64,000 nucleotides of DNA from an uncultured Acidobacteriota bacterium (lineage in GTDB: Bacteria; Acidobacteriota; Vicinamibacteria; Vicinamibacterales; 2-12-FULL-66-21), in assembly GCA_963695655.1 (NCBI GenBank), contig CAVOHG010000008.1, positions 13,380-77,379 of the forward strand. Reading direction: 5' to 3'. The notes below the pieces were generated by a model, which did not search any database, was not told the origin of the DNA, and saw only the letters and a program-made list of their open reading frames with translations. A program made the translations under genes and the position numbers. Positions within the stretch are counted from its first letter, which is position 1. Each line of letters starts with the position of its first letter. This document shows, piece by piece, positions 11,949 to 23,023 of the stretch.

Positions 11949-12617
11949 TTACTGGACGGGGCCGACGGAAAGGTTCGCGAAGCTGCCGCCAGACCCGTTC
12001 CCGACCCAGAAGCCGACCCATCCGCGCTTGCGGTCGCTCAGCTGGTTGACGTCGAGACACGGCGTCGTCAGACCGTTGACGAAGACGCGAACCCGCGGAT
12101 GCTGGACGACGACAGCCACGTGGAACCAATCGTTCGGATCGGGCGGCGGCGACACTTCCTTCTCGAACTGGCCGGGCCGATCCGCACGCAGTTTGTCCCA
12201 CGGGAAGGCCGGGTGCGAGATGTATTGCACGCCGTGCGCCCGGCGTGCAGGGTCGGTCGACTTGAAGTTGAAGGGCCGGAAGTAGACGGCATCGAACGTC
12301 TGGGGGTCGAGGCCGTGGAATGCAACGCCGACGAAACTCTGTCCCTGCGCGTCCTTGCCGCGCACATCGAACTCGATCTTGCCATCCGCGAACATCAGAT
12401 CCGGCCACCACGCGAGGCCGTCTCCCTCGCGTTCGTCGAGGCGAAGGCCGGCACGGTTACCCTCCTTGAAACTCGTCAGGGTGCGGTTATGCGATTTCGC
12501 AGCCTCGAAGGTCGCCCGCGGAGTGGGTGGGGGCTGCTGTGAAGCTGGTGCCTGCGGGGCCGCCCACAAAGCCAGTCCGCACGAGAGCGCGACGCACATC
12601 GATGTCCAGAGCGACAT
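11949..12617 (-). CDS. secreted DUF1080-type (3-keto-disaccharide hydrolase-like, ConA/LamG jelly-roll) protein
   Basis: Signal peptide MSLWTSMCVALSCGLALWAA, then ..FADGKIEFDVRG..GVAFH..WFHVAVVV..VRVFVNG..GWVGFWVGNGSGGSFANL. Confidence 0.65.
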   Translation of the reverse strand: MSLWTSMCVALSCGLALWAAPQAPASQQPPPTPRATFEAAKSHNRTLTSFKEGNRAGLRLDEREGDGLAWWPDLMFADGKIEFDVRGKDAQGQSFVGVAFHGLDPQTFDAVYFRPFNFKSTDPARRAHGVQYISHPAFPWDKLRADRPGQFEKEVSPPPDPNDWFHVAVVVQHPRVRVFVNGLTTPCLDVNQLSDRKRGWVGFWVGNGSGGSFANLSVGPVQ

Positions 12618-12635
12618 GATTCCTCCTTGCGCGGG

Positions 12636-15280
12636 TTATTCATTCCGCAGCGCCGCGATTGGGTTCGAACGCCCTGCGTCCCACGCCGGCACGAGGCAAG
12701 CGGCGATCGCCACGAGCACCATCAACGCCGTCGTCACCGCCACGACCACCGGGTCGGCACTGCCGACGCGGAACAACTGACTGCTGAGCAGCCGTCCCGC
12801 CAGCATCGCACCACCCAGCCCCACCACGAGGCCGACGATCGTCAGTCGGAGTCCGTCGCGGACAACTCCGCGTACCAGGTCGCGGCTCGCCGCGCCGAGC
12901 GCCAGCCGGATGCACAACTCGCGACGACGGGTCGCGACAGCATACGCCATCACCCCGTACATTCCGACCGAGGCGAGAAGGAGTGCGCCGAGGGCGAACG
13001 CCGCGAAGAGAGTGAGCGTCATTCGCTGTTGTGCCATCGAGCGGGTGAGACTCTGGTCCAGCGTCCGGACGTTCGCGAGGGCGACACCGGAACCGGCCTG
13101 TTTGAGCTGCTCGCGAATGGCTGGCACCAGTCCACCGGGCGTCACCGACGTGCGCAGCACGATGGCAAAGGAGTACGGATTGAACGCCTGGGGCAGATAT
13201 GCAAACGCGCGCGCGGGCAGGTCGACGCGGCGATCGACGACGTCGGCGATGACGCCAATCACCTGCCACGTGTTTCCGCTGATTGCGAGTTGCCGCCCAA
13301 TCGGATTCTCGCCCGGGAACACCGTCCGCGCCGCGGTCGCGTTGATCACGGCGACACGCGGACCGTCCGGGCGATTGTCGGATGCGTCGAATCGCCTGCC
13401 TCTGACCAGCGTGGTCCCGAGCGCTTCGAGATATCCCTCGGACGCGTAGTCGACGCGGCCGAGAATATAGTCCGTGTCAGCTGGCTTGCCCGGAGTACTC
13501 GAGTACTCACCGAATCCACCCCCGCTCGTCGGTACGGCCATTCCCGCACCGGCGGCTTCCACACCCGGCAAGGCGCGCAGCCGGCGAAGCAAGTCGTTGG
13601 AAAACATGAGCCGTGCTTCGGGGGTGGGATAGCTCGCGGGCGGAAGGGAGAGATCGAACGCGAGCGCCCGGTGCGCATCGAATCCCGGATCCACGGCTGC
13701 GGCGTTCGCCAGGCTGCGCAGGAGTAATCCCGCACCGCTCAGCAGCACGACCGTCAACGCCACCTGGGCGACGACCAGCAGCGACTGCGTCCGCCGCTGG
13801 CCTGCTGGCGTTGCGCTCCTGCCGCCGTTTTTGAGCGCGGCCTCGTTGCCCGGCTTTGCGGCACGCCAGGCGGGAACCATTCCGAAGAGGAGAGCGGTAA
13901 ACCCGCTCAGGCCGACGGCAAACGCCACGACGCGTGCGTCGAGGTGCGGGGTCATGGCCTGCGGCACCACGTCGGTCATGAGCACGCGCAGGACCGTCAC
14001 ACCCCACGATGCCAGCACGAGGCCGCCGGCCGCCGCCGAGGCAGGCGAGGATCGCCGCTTCGGTGAGTAGCTGGCGCATCAGCCTGGCACTCGTCGCGCC
14101 AAGGGCCCGGCGCAGGGCCATCTCCTGCTGGCGACGGCAGGCGCGGGCGAGCAGGAGGTTCGCGACGTTGGCGCAGGCGATGAGGAGGACGAGTGCTACC
14201 GCCCCGAGCAGCGTCCACAGGACAGGTCGACGATCGACCGAAAGCACATCGTGCAGCGGCTCCACCCGCACATTCCACTTCAGCTTGAATGCGGGGTACT
14301 CCGCCGCAAGCTGCTGCTTGACCGTCTTCAACTCCGCATCGGCGCGCATCGCCGTCGTCCCTCCTTTCAGCCTGCCGTAGACCTCCGCCCAATGCGGCGA
14401 CCGCCGCGATCTCGATGTTCCCGGCGCCAGCACGGCGGGCACCAGGAACTGCGCCTCGCGAAAGATCCAGGCGCCGTTCGGCAGGATGCCGAGGACCGTT
14501 CGCGGCACCTCGTCGAGGACAATGGTTCTGCCTACGAGTGACGGCTCGCCGCCGAAGCGCGAACGCCACAGCTCCTCGGTGAGGATCACGACGGTGTTGT
14601 TCCCTCCGGGCCGATCGTGCTCGGGGAGAAAACCCGAGCCCAGAATCGGGCTCACGCCGAACACGCGGAGAAAGTCGTGCGACACCTCCAGCCCGGTGAG
14701 CCGCTCGGGAGTCGCCGCGCCGCGCAGATTCGCAGTGACAGGGCTGACGAGTGTCAGGCTGTCGAACTCGGTCTGATGCTCGCGCCAATCGAGGAACGCA
14801 CCGCCGGACACCGAATTGCGTCTCCCCGTGTCATTCGTTTCGAACACCTCGACGAGGCGTTCAGCCGCCGGGTAAGGCAGTGAGCGCAGCAGCACGGCAT
14901 CGAGCGCACTGAAAATTGCGGCGGTGGCGCCAATCCCGAGGGCGAGGGTCAGGATTGCGACGATGGCGAAGCCGGGCCCTGCGGCAAGCTGCCGCAGGGC
15001 GACGGTGGTGTCCTGGCGCAGCTCGCCGGCGAGCCGCGCTGCCCGCCGCTGTCGCTCGAGATGCTCGCCGTGCACGGCGCAGGCGCTGACGCCGGGATGC
15101 GGGTCGCCGAATTCCTGTCAGCGCCTGCACGCGGGCAGCCGCGGCATCGAGGCCAGCGCGTGTCAGCTCGTCGACGCGCATGTCGAGGTGGAACCTGAAC
15201 TCCTCCTCGATTTCGCCTCGAACATCATCCCGGCTCCGCGAGGGGAATCCGAACAGCCGTTTCACGTCACGTGGCTTCAT
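12636..15280 (-). CDS. ADOP-type MacB/FtsX-like ABC permease, frameshifts near 15105 and 14020
   Basis: N-terminal leader [44 protein letters not shown] (ORF 14861..15280), then [51 protein letters not shown], then a C-terminal FtsX half ending [11 protein letters not shown]. Confidence 0.9.
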
Positions 15281-15289
15281 CGATTGACC

Positions 15290-15697
15290 TCACGCAGGTT
15301 CGATCACCTTGAACACCGCCGCTGCGTACCGCTTCCAGGTCTCGACCTCTGCCCGGAGCTGCCGGCGCCCGGCCGGCGTGAGCGCGTAGTACTTCGCGCG
15401 CCTGTTGTTTTCCGAGAGTCCCCACTCGGACGAGATCCAGCCTTTTGCTTCGAGCCGGTGCAGCGCCTGGTAGAGGGCTGCGTCTTCCATCGCGATGACC
15501 CCGTCCGTCCGTTCCCGAACCCATCGCGTGACGGTATACCCGTGGGCCGGGCCCTGCTGCAGTGCCCGCAGTATCAAGAGATCGACGGTCCCCTGGAGGA
15601 GTGTCAGCGTCGTGTGACTCACAATGTCTGCCCCCGAATTGGACGGCGCGGACGCCGCGCATGTTCCACTCATTACGTGAGGGGAGTAATCATACAC
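15290..15697 (-). CDS. PadR-family transcriptional regulator (Acidobacteria-type, upstream of an ADOP permease); start probably 15673 (ATG) or 15622 (GTG)
   Basis: TLLQGTVDLLILRALQQGPAHGYTVTRWVRERTDGVIAMEDAALYQALHRLEAKGWISSEWGLSENNRRAKYYALTPAGRRQL. The stop lies 10 nt before the permease start. Confidence 0.9.
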   Translation of the reverse strand: MYDYSPHVMSGTCAASAPSNSGADIVSHTTLTLLQGTVDLLILRALQQGPAHGYTVTRWVRERTDGVIAMEDAALYQALHRLEAKGWISSEWGLSENNRRAKYYALTPAGRRQLRAEVETWKRYAAAVFKVIEPA

Positions 15698-15747
15698 GGG
15701 GACGGGGATCGGGATTAGGGATTCGGGATTCGGGACTCGGGACTCGC
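15697..15747. repeat. tandem heptanucleotide array, unit GGGATTC/GGGACTC
   Basis: Sequence reads cggggac ggggatc gggatta gggattc gggattc gggactc gggactc gcc. Confidence 0.85.
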
Positions 15748-15836
15748 CTTCCGGGCTCGAAAGCTCGCGGGGTCAAACGGAGCAGGGTCCGCGGCTCGGG
15801 GCGTTCACCGCGTTATGCTGAGCCGGAGGAGCATTC

Positions 15837-16352
15837 GTGAGTGCATGGACAATCCGGACCGCCGCGTCGGCCGATCTCGCGCAGCTGACGGCGATCTACA
15901 ACCACTACATCGAGCACACCAGCGTCACGTTCGATTTGCGCCCCTTTACGCCCGAGGAGCGGCAGGGCTGGTTCGACGAGCACGCGACTGCAGGCGGCCG
16001 GATTCGTCTCCTCGTGGCCGCGGACGCCAACGGGCAGGTGGCTGGATACGCCACGACCAGCCGCTTCCGGCCAAAGGCGGCATACGACACCACCGTCGAG
16101 GCGAGCGTCTACTGCAGCCCGACTCACGTCGGCCAGGGTATCGGCACCCGTCTCTACAGCGAGCTCTTTCGAGTCATTGCCGGCGAAGACATCAACCGGA
16201 TCGTGGCGGGGGTGACGATGCCGAATGCGGCGTCACTCGCGCTGCATCGACGCTTTGGCTTCACCGAGGTGGGAGTTTTCTCCAGTGTGGGCCGGAAGTT
16301 CGATCGCTACTGGGACGTCATCTGGCTCGAGCGGGGACTCGATGGGGATTAG
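15837..16352 (+). CDS. GNAT N-acetyltransferase, phosphinothricin-acetyltransferase-like
   Basis: 171-aa intact ORF: IRTAASADLAQLTAIYNHYIEHTSVTFDLRPFTPEERQGWF..VYCSPTHVGQGIGTRLYSELF..NAASLALHRRFGFTEVGVF. Confidence 0.85.
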   Translation: MSAWTIRTAASADLAQLTAIYNHYIEHTSVTFDLRPFTPEERQGWFDEHATAGGRIRLLVAADANGQVAGYATTSRFRPKAAYDTTVEASVYCSPTHVGQGIGTRLYSELFRVIAGEDINRIVAGVTMPNAASLALHRRFGFTEVGVFSSVGRKFDRYWDVIWLERGLDGD

Positions 16353-16554
16353 GGATTGGGGATTGGGATTCGGGATCCGGGGCTCGGGATTCGGCGCTCG
16401 CGGTTCGGAGCGCGGGACTCGCCTGCCGCGCCGAAGCTCGCGGGGTCGACGGAGCGAAGGCGGGGGATTCGGGGCTCGGGACTCGGGAGAAGAGCTGGAA
16501 GCCGGGAGCTGAAAGCTGCAGCTGAAAGCTGAAAGCCGGCGAGCTGGAGCTGAA
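16350..16554. repeat. composite heptanucleotide arrays (GGGATTN family, then AGCTGAA family) enclosing a 47-bp element also found at 15739..15786
   Basis: First part reads gggattggggattgggattcgggatccggggctcgggattcgg. The second part reads gctggaagccgggagctgaaagctgcagctgaaagctgaaagccggcgagctggagctgaagctg. Confidence 0.85.
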
Positions 16555-16593
16555 GCTGACAGCGACCCGGGATCGAGCCGGGTCGCTGTCAGC
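16555..16593. terminator. perfect 16-bp stem / 7-nt loop hairpin between convergent genes (putative bidirectional terminator, no U-tract)
   Basis: GCTGACAGCGACCCGG gatcgag CCGGGTCGCTGTCAGC, 14 nt past the stop of the minus-strand gene. Confidence 0.5.
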
Positions 16594-16606
16594 TTACGCG
16601 CGCCGC

Positions 16607-17312
16607 TCAGTTCTTCGTCATCGTGAAGCCGCTGACAACCGCCTCGGTGTTGTGGGCCATGCGGAGGCCGTAGATGCCGTCGGTTGATTTCAGCTTGCCC
16701 TCCGCGACGAGCGCGGGCTTGTCGTAGCCGGCGACGACGGTGCCGTTGATGGAGCATTCGACGCGGTCGCCCTTGACCGAGACGGCAATCTCCTGCGTTA
16801 CCGGCTCGCCCGGGCGCCGAGGCCTTCTTCACCGCCGCGTTCGCCTCACCGCGCCGGCCGTTCATCGCGAACGGCTCGGGACCGAAGCCGCGGACGATGA
16901 AGTTGCCGTTGCCGTAGGCGGCGCAGTAGAGGAAGCTCTGCGTCGGCGTGCCGAGGTCGTTGCCCGCGATCATGATGCCGTATGGATGCGGGTGATCGTT
17001 GAGCCCCATGTACTTCGGCTCATTGAACGTGGCCTTGACGGTGTAGTTGCCGGCGGCCTTGTTCGCCGGATTCCAGTACGTCACCGCCGGACCCGTCGTC
17101 ACATGGAAGTTGTCGCCCTCCTTCGCGAACTTCGCGTTGTTGAGGGTCTGACCGGATTTCTCTTCGCCGGGATCGACTTTGCCCGTCCAGCCGGGCACCG
17201 TGACGCCGCCACCGGCGACCGGGCGCGCCGTTTCGGGCGCCTGCGCACCGATCATCGCGGGAACGAGCATCGCGACCGTCACTGCTACCGCCGAACCGTA
17301 TACGAGACGCAT
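16607..17312 (-). CDS. secreted ConA-like/DUF1080-type jelly-roll protein, frameshift at a GGG run near 16810
   Basis: Starts MRLVYGSAVAVTVAMLVPAMIGAQA..NFHVTTGPAVTYW..YTVKATF..YGIMIAGND..FLYCAAYGNGNFIVRGF. After removing one G it continues PGEPVTQEIAVSVKGDRVECSINGTVVAGYDK..GIYGLRMAHNTEAVVSGFTMTKN. Confidence 0.55.
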
Positions 17313-17364
17313 GTTGGTATCCTCTCCTGAAAACCGTTTCGAATCTGAGCGTACGTCCACACGG

Positions 17365-19806
17365 TCAATCTGGCAACTGGGTACGTCCGGCCCGGCCGGC
17401 GGGCAACCCTCCTCGCCGCGCAACCGTCCACGTCACCTTTCCGGCGAGCGGCGGATTCTCGAGAACGAAGGTCGAACCTCGCCTGACGAGTGCGAGCGGC
17501 TGGAGCTCGCCATCGGGAAGCGCCACGACGCCCGCCGCCCTCTGGGCCGTCGTCGCGAAGACGTCCACTTCGAGCTTCGACCAGTCCAGGAACGCGGTCG
17601 ACTGTGCCAGGGCGATGTGCGGAATGGCGGCGCCATCGCGAACGAGCATGACGACGGGGATGGCACCGGCCTCAATCGCGTGCCACCCCGCGCCGTACGC
17701 CCGGCCGGTCTGGTAGTCGATCCATTGTCCCGGCGGCAGGTAAACGTCCCGACCCGTGGTACCCGTCTCGAAGAGTGGCGCCACCAGGATGTCGCTGCCG
17801 AACAGGTATTCGTCCTCGACTGACCACGAGCCGGCGTCTTCGGGGAACTCGACAAACAGCGCGCGCAGCATCGGCAGCCCGCGAGATGACGAGTCTTTCG
17901 CCTGCGCGTAGATATACGGCATGAGCCGATAGCGCATCTCGACCGCGCGCCGGAATCCGTTCGTGAACTTTTCGCCGAACTCCCAGGGCTCTCGCGGCGG
18001 CAGCCCGTGGCTGCGGCTGTGGGAGGTCAGCATGCCGAAGGGGACCCAGCGGCTGTATAGGTCGTCGGGCGTGCGGCCCATGAAGCCGCCGATGTCGTGG
18101 CTCCAGAACGTGAAGCCGGACAGCCCGAACGAGAGCCCTCCGCGCAGCGTCGACGACATCCCGATATCGGTCGTCGCGGAATCGCCGCCCCAGTGCAGGG
18201 GATAGCGCTGGCTGCCGGCCCATGCGCTCCGCGCCCAGATCAAGTTCTCTCCGTTGACCTGACGGGTCACATCCGCAACCGCCTTGTTATAGCGAAGCGG
18301 GTAGAGGTTGTGTTCGTAGAAACCCGAGCGGCCCGACGCGTAGACGCCGTTGAACGGCGCCGCTTCGCCGAAGTCGACCTTGATGGCGCCGACCCCGAGC
18401 TTGAGCAGCGCCGACAGCTTGTCCTGGTACCACGTCACCGTCTTCGGGTTCGAGAAGTCGAGCACCGCGTCCTCGGACGGAAGGTTGCCCTTGCCGTCGC
18501 GCACCGCCAGCCCCTGCTGGACGATCTCCGGGAACAGCTTGTTCTTGGGCACGAAATACGGGAGCTGCCACAGTGAGATGTGAAAGCCGTCGCGTTTCAG
18601 GTCCGCGATCATCTGCGCCGGGTTGCGAAAGCGTGTCTTCGAGAATTCGTAGTCGGTGCGCCAGTCGGTCTCGAACCAGCCGGTATCGAGGTGGATCAAA
18701 TCGGCGGGGATGCGGTACTCGCGCAGCTTGGAGGCGACGTTCCGCACTTCCTCTTCGGAGAAGTAGCTGATGCGGCTCATCCAGAAGCCGAACGACCACA
18801 GCGGCGGCATCGGCGACTTGCCGGTGATCGTGGTGTATTCGTTCAGTACCTGTTTCGGCGTGCCGAGAAAGGCGAACAGGTCGAGCTCGTCGTCGCCGAG
18901 CAGCAGCGCGTTACTGCCGTGGAAGGTCGCGCCGATGTCGAAGGTCGCCGGAGCAGACGTGTGCGTGAAGACCCCGTAGCCACGATTGCTCATGAGGAAC
19001 GGGATCGGCTTGTACATCCGGTCGCTCTCCGCGCCGTTCGCATCGTTGACCGACAGCACCAGCTTCTGCCCGCGCTTGTCGAGACGCGTGAACGATTCTC
19101 CGCCGCCGAACAATTTTTCTCCCGCCGAAAGCGAAAACACCGCGGCGACGCTCCGCGAGTGATCGGATGCACGCCGGATGTACGCGAAGGGGAGCGCCGG
19201 GGACAGCGTCGATTCGAAGTCGACCGGGCTCTGGCTCTTCGTCAGGAGCTTGCCGGCCGCATCGCGAAGCTCGATCCGCCACGGCTTCTCGAAGATTGCG
19301 AGCGAACCACCGCTGCTGGTGTAGCGATGTCCGCCGTCGATTTTCGCGTACTGCCACGACGCATCGACTGCCGGCTCGCCGGCGAGCATCAGCGACGGCT
19401 CGGGCGCGCGCGTATCGGGGCCGGTCTTGATCCGGATGCGGGCCGTGCGCGGCGAGACGAACTGGATCGAAAACGGCCAGACCGGATCGGTGTCGTACTC
19501 CTTTTCCGGAAAAATGACGCCCTCGAACGGCCGCAGGACCCCTTCGACGTAGTTGAACGCCAGTCGCGGGTACCGGTTGTTGCGCACCCACTTGAGGGAG
19601 CCAGAGCGCGTCACCGGATCGAACGCGACGACGCTGTCGGCGACGTAATACGCGTTGGCGAAGTCACGGAAGTCCTGGCTGACATCGATCCGGTCGGCGA
19701 GCAGAGCCGGCCCGGCGGCGGACTGCGCCGCTGGCGTCGACACGGCGGCGGCGATGAAGAGGGCGATTGACGTAATGAGGGCGGCAGAGGCAGTCAGTTT
19801 ACGCAT
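17365..19806 (-). CDS. glycoside hydrolase family 31 (alpha-glucosidase/alpha-xylosidase-like), intact
   Basis: Signal peptide MRKLTASAALITSIALFIAAAV, then GGGESFTRLDKRG..KPIPFLMSNRGYGVF..PPLWSFGFWMSR..IHLDTGWF..GVGAIKVDFGE..WGGDSATT..FWSHDIGGF. Confidence 0.9.
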   Translation of the reverse strand: MRKLTASAALITSIALFIAAAVSTPAAQSAAGPALLADRIDVSQDFRDFANAYYVADSVVAFDPVTRSGSLKWVRNNRYPRLAFNYVEGVLRPFEGVIFPEKEYDTDPVWPFSIQFVSPRTARIRIKTGPDTRAPEPSLMLAGEPAVDASWQYAKIDGGHRYTSSGGSLAIFEKPWRIELRDAAGKLLTKSQSPVDFESTLSPALPFAYIRRASDHSRSVAAVFSLSAGEKLFGGGESFTRLDKRGQKLVLSVNDANGAESDRMYKPIPFLMSNRGYGVFTHTSAPATFDIGATFHGSNALLLGDDELDLFAFLGTPKQVLNEYTTITGKSPMPPLWSFGFWMSRISYFSEEEVRNVASKLREYRIPADLIHLDTGWFETDWRTDYEFSKTRFRNPAQMIADLKRDGFHISLWQLPYFVPKNKLFPEIVQQGLAVRDGKGNLPSEDAVLDFSNPKTVTWYQDKLSALLKLGVGAIKVDFGEAAPFNGVYASGRSGFYEHNLYPLRYNKAVADVTRQVNGENLIWARSAWAGSQRYPLHWGGDSATTDIGMSSTLRGGLSFGLSGFTFWSHDIGGFMGRTPDDLYSRWVPFGMLTSHSRSHGLPPREPWEFGEKFTNGFRRAVEMRYRLMPYIYAQAKDSSSRGLPMLRALFVEFPEDAGSWSVEDEYLFGSDILVAPLFETGTTGRDVYLPPGQWIDYQTGRAYGAGWHAIEAGAIPVVMLVRDGAAIPHIALAQSTAFLDWSKLEVDVFATTAQRAAGVVALPDGELQPLALVRRGSTFVLENPPLAGKVTWTVARRGGLPAGRAGRTQLPD

Positions 19807-19888
19807 GGGCACCGACTCTACCATCGGGCGACGTCGCCGTGACCGCTGGCGCTGGACCAACGCGCGCGCGTCCATCCACAATGGGACC

Positions 19889-20452
19889 ATGATCAAAGGA
19901 CTCGGCACGGTCATCTACCACGTTCGGAATCTGGACGAGGCGAAGGCGTGGTACGCGCGTGCGTTCCAGCAGGCGCCGTATTTCGATCAGCCCTTCTACG
20001 TCGGCTTCAATATCGGTGGATACGAGCTTGGACTCGACCCGAATCCCGATGGCGGGTCGCCGGGGCCGGGCGGGACCGTGGCGTACTGGCGGGTCGACAA
20101 CATCGAGGCCGCCGTCAAGGCCTTTGCCGACTGCGGCGCAACGATCGCCGTGCCGGTCCAGGAGGTTGGCGACGGCATCAAGGTCGCGACCGTGAGCGAT
20201 CCGTTCGGCAACGCGATCGGTCTCCTCGAAAATCCGCATTTCGTGCTTGCCACCGCAGTGAGCGATGAGTGCTCCTGCTGGGGCGTCGCGACTCGGGGCC
20301 CGTATATACTCGCTACAGGATCATGTCGCCTGGCTCCCGAGCCTCGCTCACTCCCACCCCGTCGCCCTCCCGGCTCGGCCCTTACGAGCTGGTGTCACTG
20401 GTTGGCCGGGGCGGAATGGGGGAGGTCTACCGCGCCCGTGACACGCGGCTGA
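19889..20452 (+). CDS. VOC/glyoxalase-family protein; 3' end uncertain (no in-frame stop until 20452, overlapping the kinase start)
   Basis: MIKGLGTVIYHVRNLDEAKAWYARAF..GGYELGLDPN..VAYWRVDNIEAAVKAFADCGATIAVPVQEVGDGIKVATVSDPFGNAIGLLENPHF. The domain ends near 20260. Confidence 0.7.
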   Translation: MIKGLGTVIYHVRNLDEAKAWYARAFQQAPYFDQPFYVGFNIGGYELGLDPNPDGGSPGPGGTVAYWRVDNIEAAVKAFADCGATIAVPVQEVGDGIKVATVSDPFGNAIGLLENPHFVLATAVSDECSCWGVATRGPYILATGSCRLAPEPRSLPPRRPPGSALTSWCHWLAGAEWGRSTAPVTRG

Positions 20453-23023
20453 CCCGTACCGTCGCGATCAAGATTCTGCCCGCCGCCCTCAGCGACAGTG
20501 AGCAGGCGCGGTCGCGCTTCGAGCGCGAGGCGCGTGCGATTGCCGCGCTCAGCCATCCCAACGTCTGCGCGGTCCATGACGTCGGCGCCGAAGGCGGCCT
20601 GCACTTCATCGTCATGGAGTACCTCGACGGTGAAACGCTTGCGGCGCGACTTGCGCGAGGTCCCGTTCCCCTCGACGAGCTCCTCGTCCGCGGCATCGAA
20701 ATCGTCAGCGGCCTCGAGCATGCCCATGCCGCCGGCATCGTGCACCGGGACGTGAAGCCCGCCAACATCGTGCTGACCAAGGGGGGCGCGAAACTGCTGG
20801 ACTTCGGCCTGGCGGGACTGCGGCCGACGCTCTTCGAGCGGGACACCGTGACCGATCGCGCGGTGACGCATGTCGGGCAGATGATGGGAACCCTGCAGTA
20901 CATGGCGCCGGAACAGGTCGAGGGAAAGGAGAGTGATGCCCGGACCGATCTGTTCGCGTGCGGGCTGGTCCTGTATGAAATGGCGACCGGGCGGCGAGCC
21001 TTCGAGGGGCCGAACAGCACCGCGATCATCGCCCGCATCCTGACCGGCGAGCCACTCTCGATTCGCGACATACAGCCGACGTACTCTTCCGATCTCGACT
21101 GGGCGATTCGGCGCTGCCTCGAGCGTGATCCGCAGGATCGGTGGCAGACCGCGACCGACCTCGCGGCGGTGCTGCGATGGATCCGCAGGCGGTCGGATGC
21201 GCCGGTGCCCGAGATCCGGTCGAAGAGCTCGCCGCCCGTCCCCTGGCGATCGGCTGCCGCGATTGCACTCGGCACACTCGCCGTCGCGGCGGTCACGTGG
21301 TTCGTAACGTCGCGCCGACCGACGCCAGCCGCCCCCGACCTCCAGGCGGTGCGCACCATCATTCCCGTCGTGGCAGACGCGATCGTCGGCGAGGATGGAA
21401 CTCCAGCCCTGGCGCTGTCCGCGGACGGCCGACGGCTGGTCTATACCGCGGCGATCAAAGGCGCGAACCGGACTGTACGTTCGCCGCCTCGACCGCCTTG
21501 ACGCGACGCGGCTGCCCGGGACGGACGGCGGGACGAATCCGTTCTTCTCGGCGGACGGCACCGCGGTCGGGTTCTTCGCCGAAGGCAAGCTGAAGACCGT
21601 TTCGCTCGATGGCAGCTCGCCACGCGTCATCTGCGATGCGCCCCGCGGACGCGGCGGCAGCTGGGAAACCGCGAACACCATCGTCTTCGCACCGTCCAGC
21701 GATACGCCGCTCTTTCGTGTCGACCCGGCCGGTGGGCCGGCCCGAACCGGTCACGACGCTCACCATGTACCCGCGCGAGCGTTCGCATCGCTGGCCGGAT
21801 GTGCTGCCTGGCGGGCGTGCCGTTCTCTACACGGCGGGAAATTCCACCGACAACAACTTCAGCGACGCGCAGGTGATCGTGCAATCGCTCGTCGATCCCA
21901 AGGATCGCCGGGTGATCGTGAGTGGCGGCCGCAATGCGCGCTACGCCGCCGGGCACCTCGTGTACCTCTCGGGAAGCTCACTCGTGGCAGCGCCTTTCGA
22001 TCCCGAGCGCGCGGAGCTGACCGGCGATCCGCTGACCATCGTCGACAGCCTGTCGACGTCGCGGTACGTCGCCGCCGCGCAGTTCGCCGTGTCCGGCGAT
22101 GGCTCACTCATTTACCTCCCGCCCGGCGGGGGAGGCACGCCGGCGTCACTCGCATGGGTCAGCAGGACCGGTGCGGTGACGCCGATCGGCGCGACCAGAG
22201 GATTCTTTACCGGAGTGCGGCTCTCACCCGATGGCCGGCGTGTCGCGATCAGCATCAGCGATGCGAATGCGGACGTCCACATCTACGACCTGGCGCGGGG
22301 CACGTTCAGCCGCATCACTCACAGCGCCGATTACGAGGGCAACGCCGTCTGGACGCCGGACGGCACGCGCATCGCGTTCGCGTCCGAGCGCGGCCCTGGT
22401 GTCCAGATGTTCTGGAAACGGTGGGACGATCCGCGCGGCGCCCCCGGGGCGCTCGCCCAGGCCAACGGGCCCGACGAGCCGCTCGCCCCGGGGTCTATGC
22501 GCGGATTCCGCACGCGTGGACGATGGACGGGAAGTACCTGGCGTTCACGGAAAATCATCCGGACACGCGGCGTGACATCTGGATCCTGCCGGTCGCCCCG
22601 GCGGGGAAGCCCTACCCGATCGTCACCACGCCATTCGAGGACAGCCAGCCGGTGTTCTCACCCGACGGCAAGTGGCTCGCGTACCAGTCGAACGAGTCAG
22701 GCGACGACGAGGTCTACGCCCGCGCGTTCCAGCAGCCGGCCGGACGGATCCGTATCTCCACGTCCGGCGGCATCGTGCCGCGATGGGGAAGAAATGGTGA
22801 GCTGTTCTACTGGCACGGCGACACGATGATGTCGGTCCCGGTCACCACTGCCGGGAACACCCTGCGGGTGGGCGCCGCACGAACGCTGTTCCAGCTCGAA
22901 CACGGGAGCACGTACGACGTGACTCCGGACGGAGAGCGATTCCTCATGCTTCGGCCGGACTACTCGCAGTACCCAAAACACCTCGTGCTCGTCCACCAGT
23001 GGCCGGCAGAGATCCGGCGCTAG
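20323..23023 (+). CDS. Ser/Thr protein kinase with TM segment and C-terminal TolB-like beta-propeller, frameshifts near 21470, 21750, 22490
   Basis: Kinase part: GPYELVSLVGRGGMGEVYRARD..VAIKIL..HRDVKPANIVL..DFGLA..GTLQYMAPEQ. Propeller part: FFSADGTAVGFFAEGKLKTVSL, RLSPDGRRVAISI, WTPDGTRIAFASER, VFSPDGKWLAYQSNESGDDEVYARAF. Confidence 0.9.

Noticed and set aside
10382-12049. A long 555-aa plus-strand ORF. Similar long ORFs lie at 18580..19770, 29072..30586, 60201..61505, 43069..45387 (3' part) and 47850..49775 (5' part).
   Set aside because: These lie antisense to, or out of frame with, clearly conserved genes. They have the Arg/Ala/Gly/Pro-rich composition of shadow ORFs in high-GC DNA, and I saw no family motifs.
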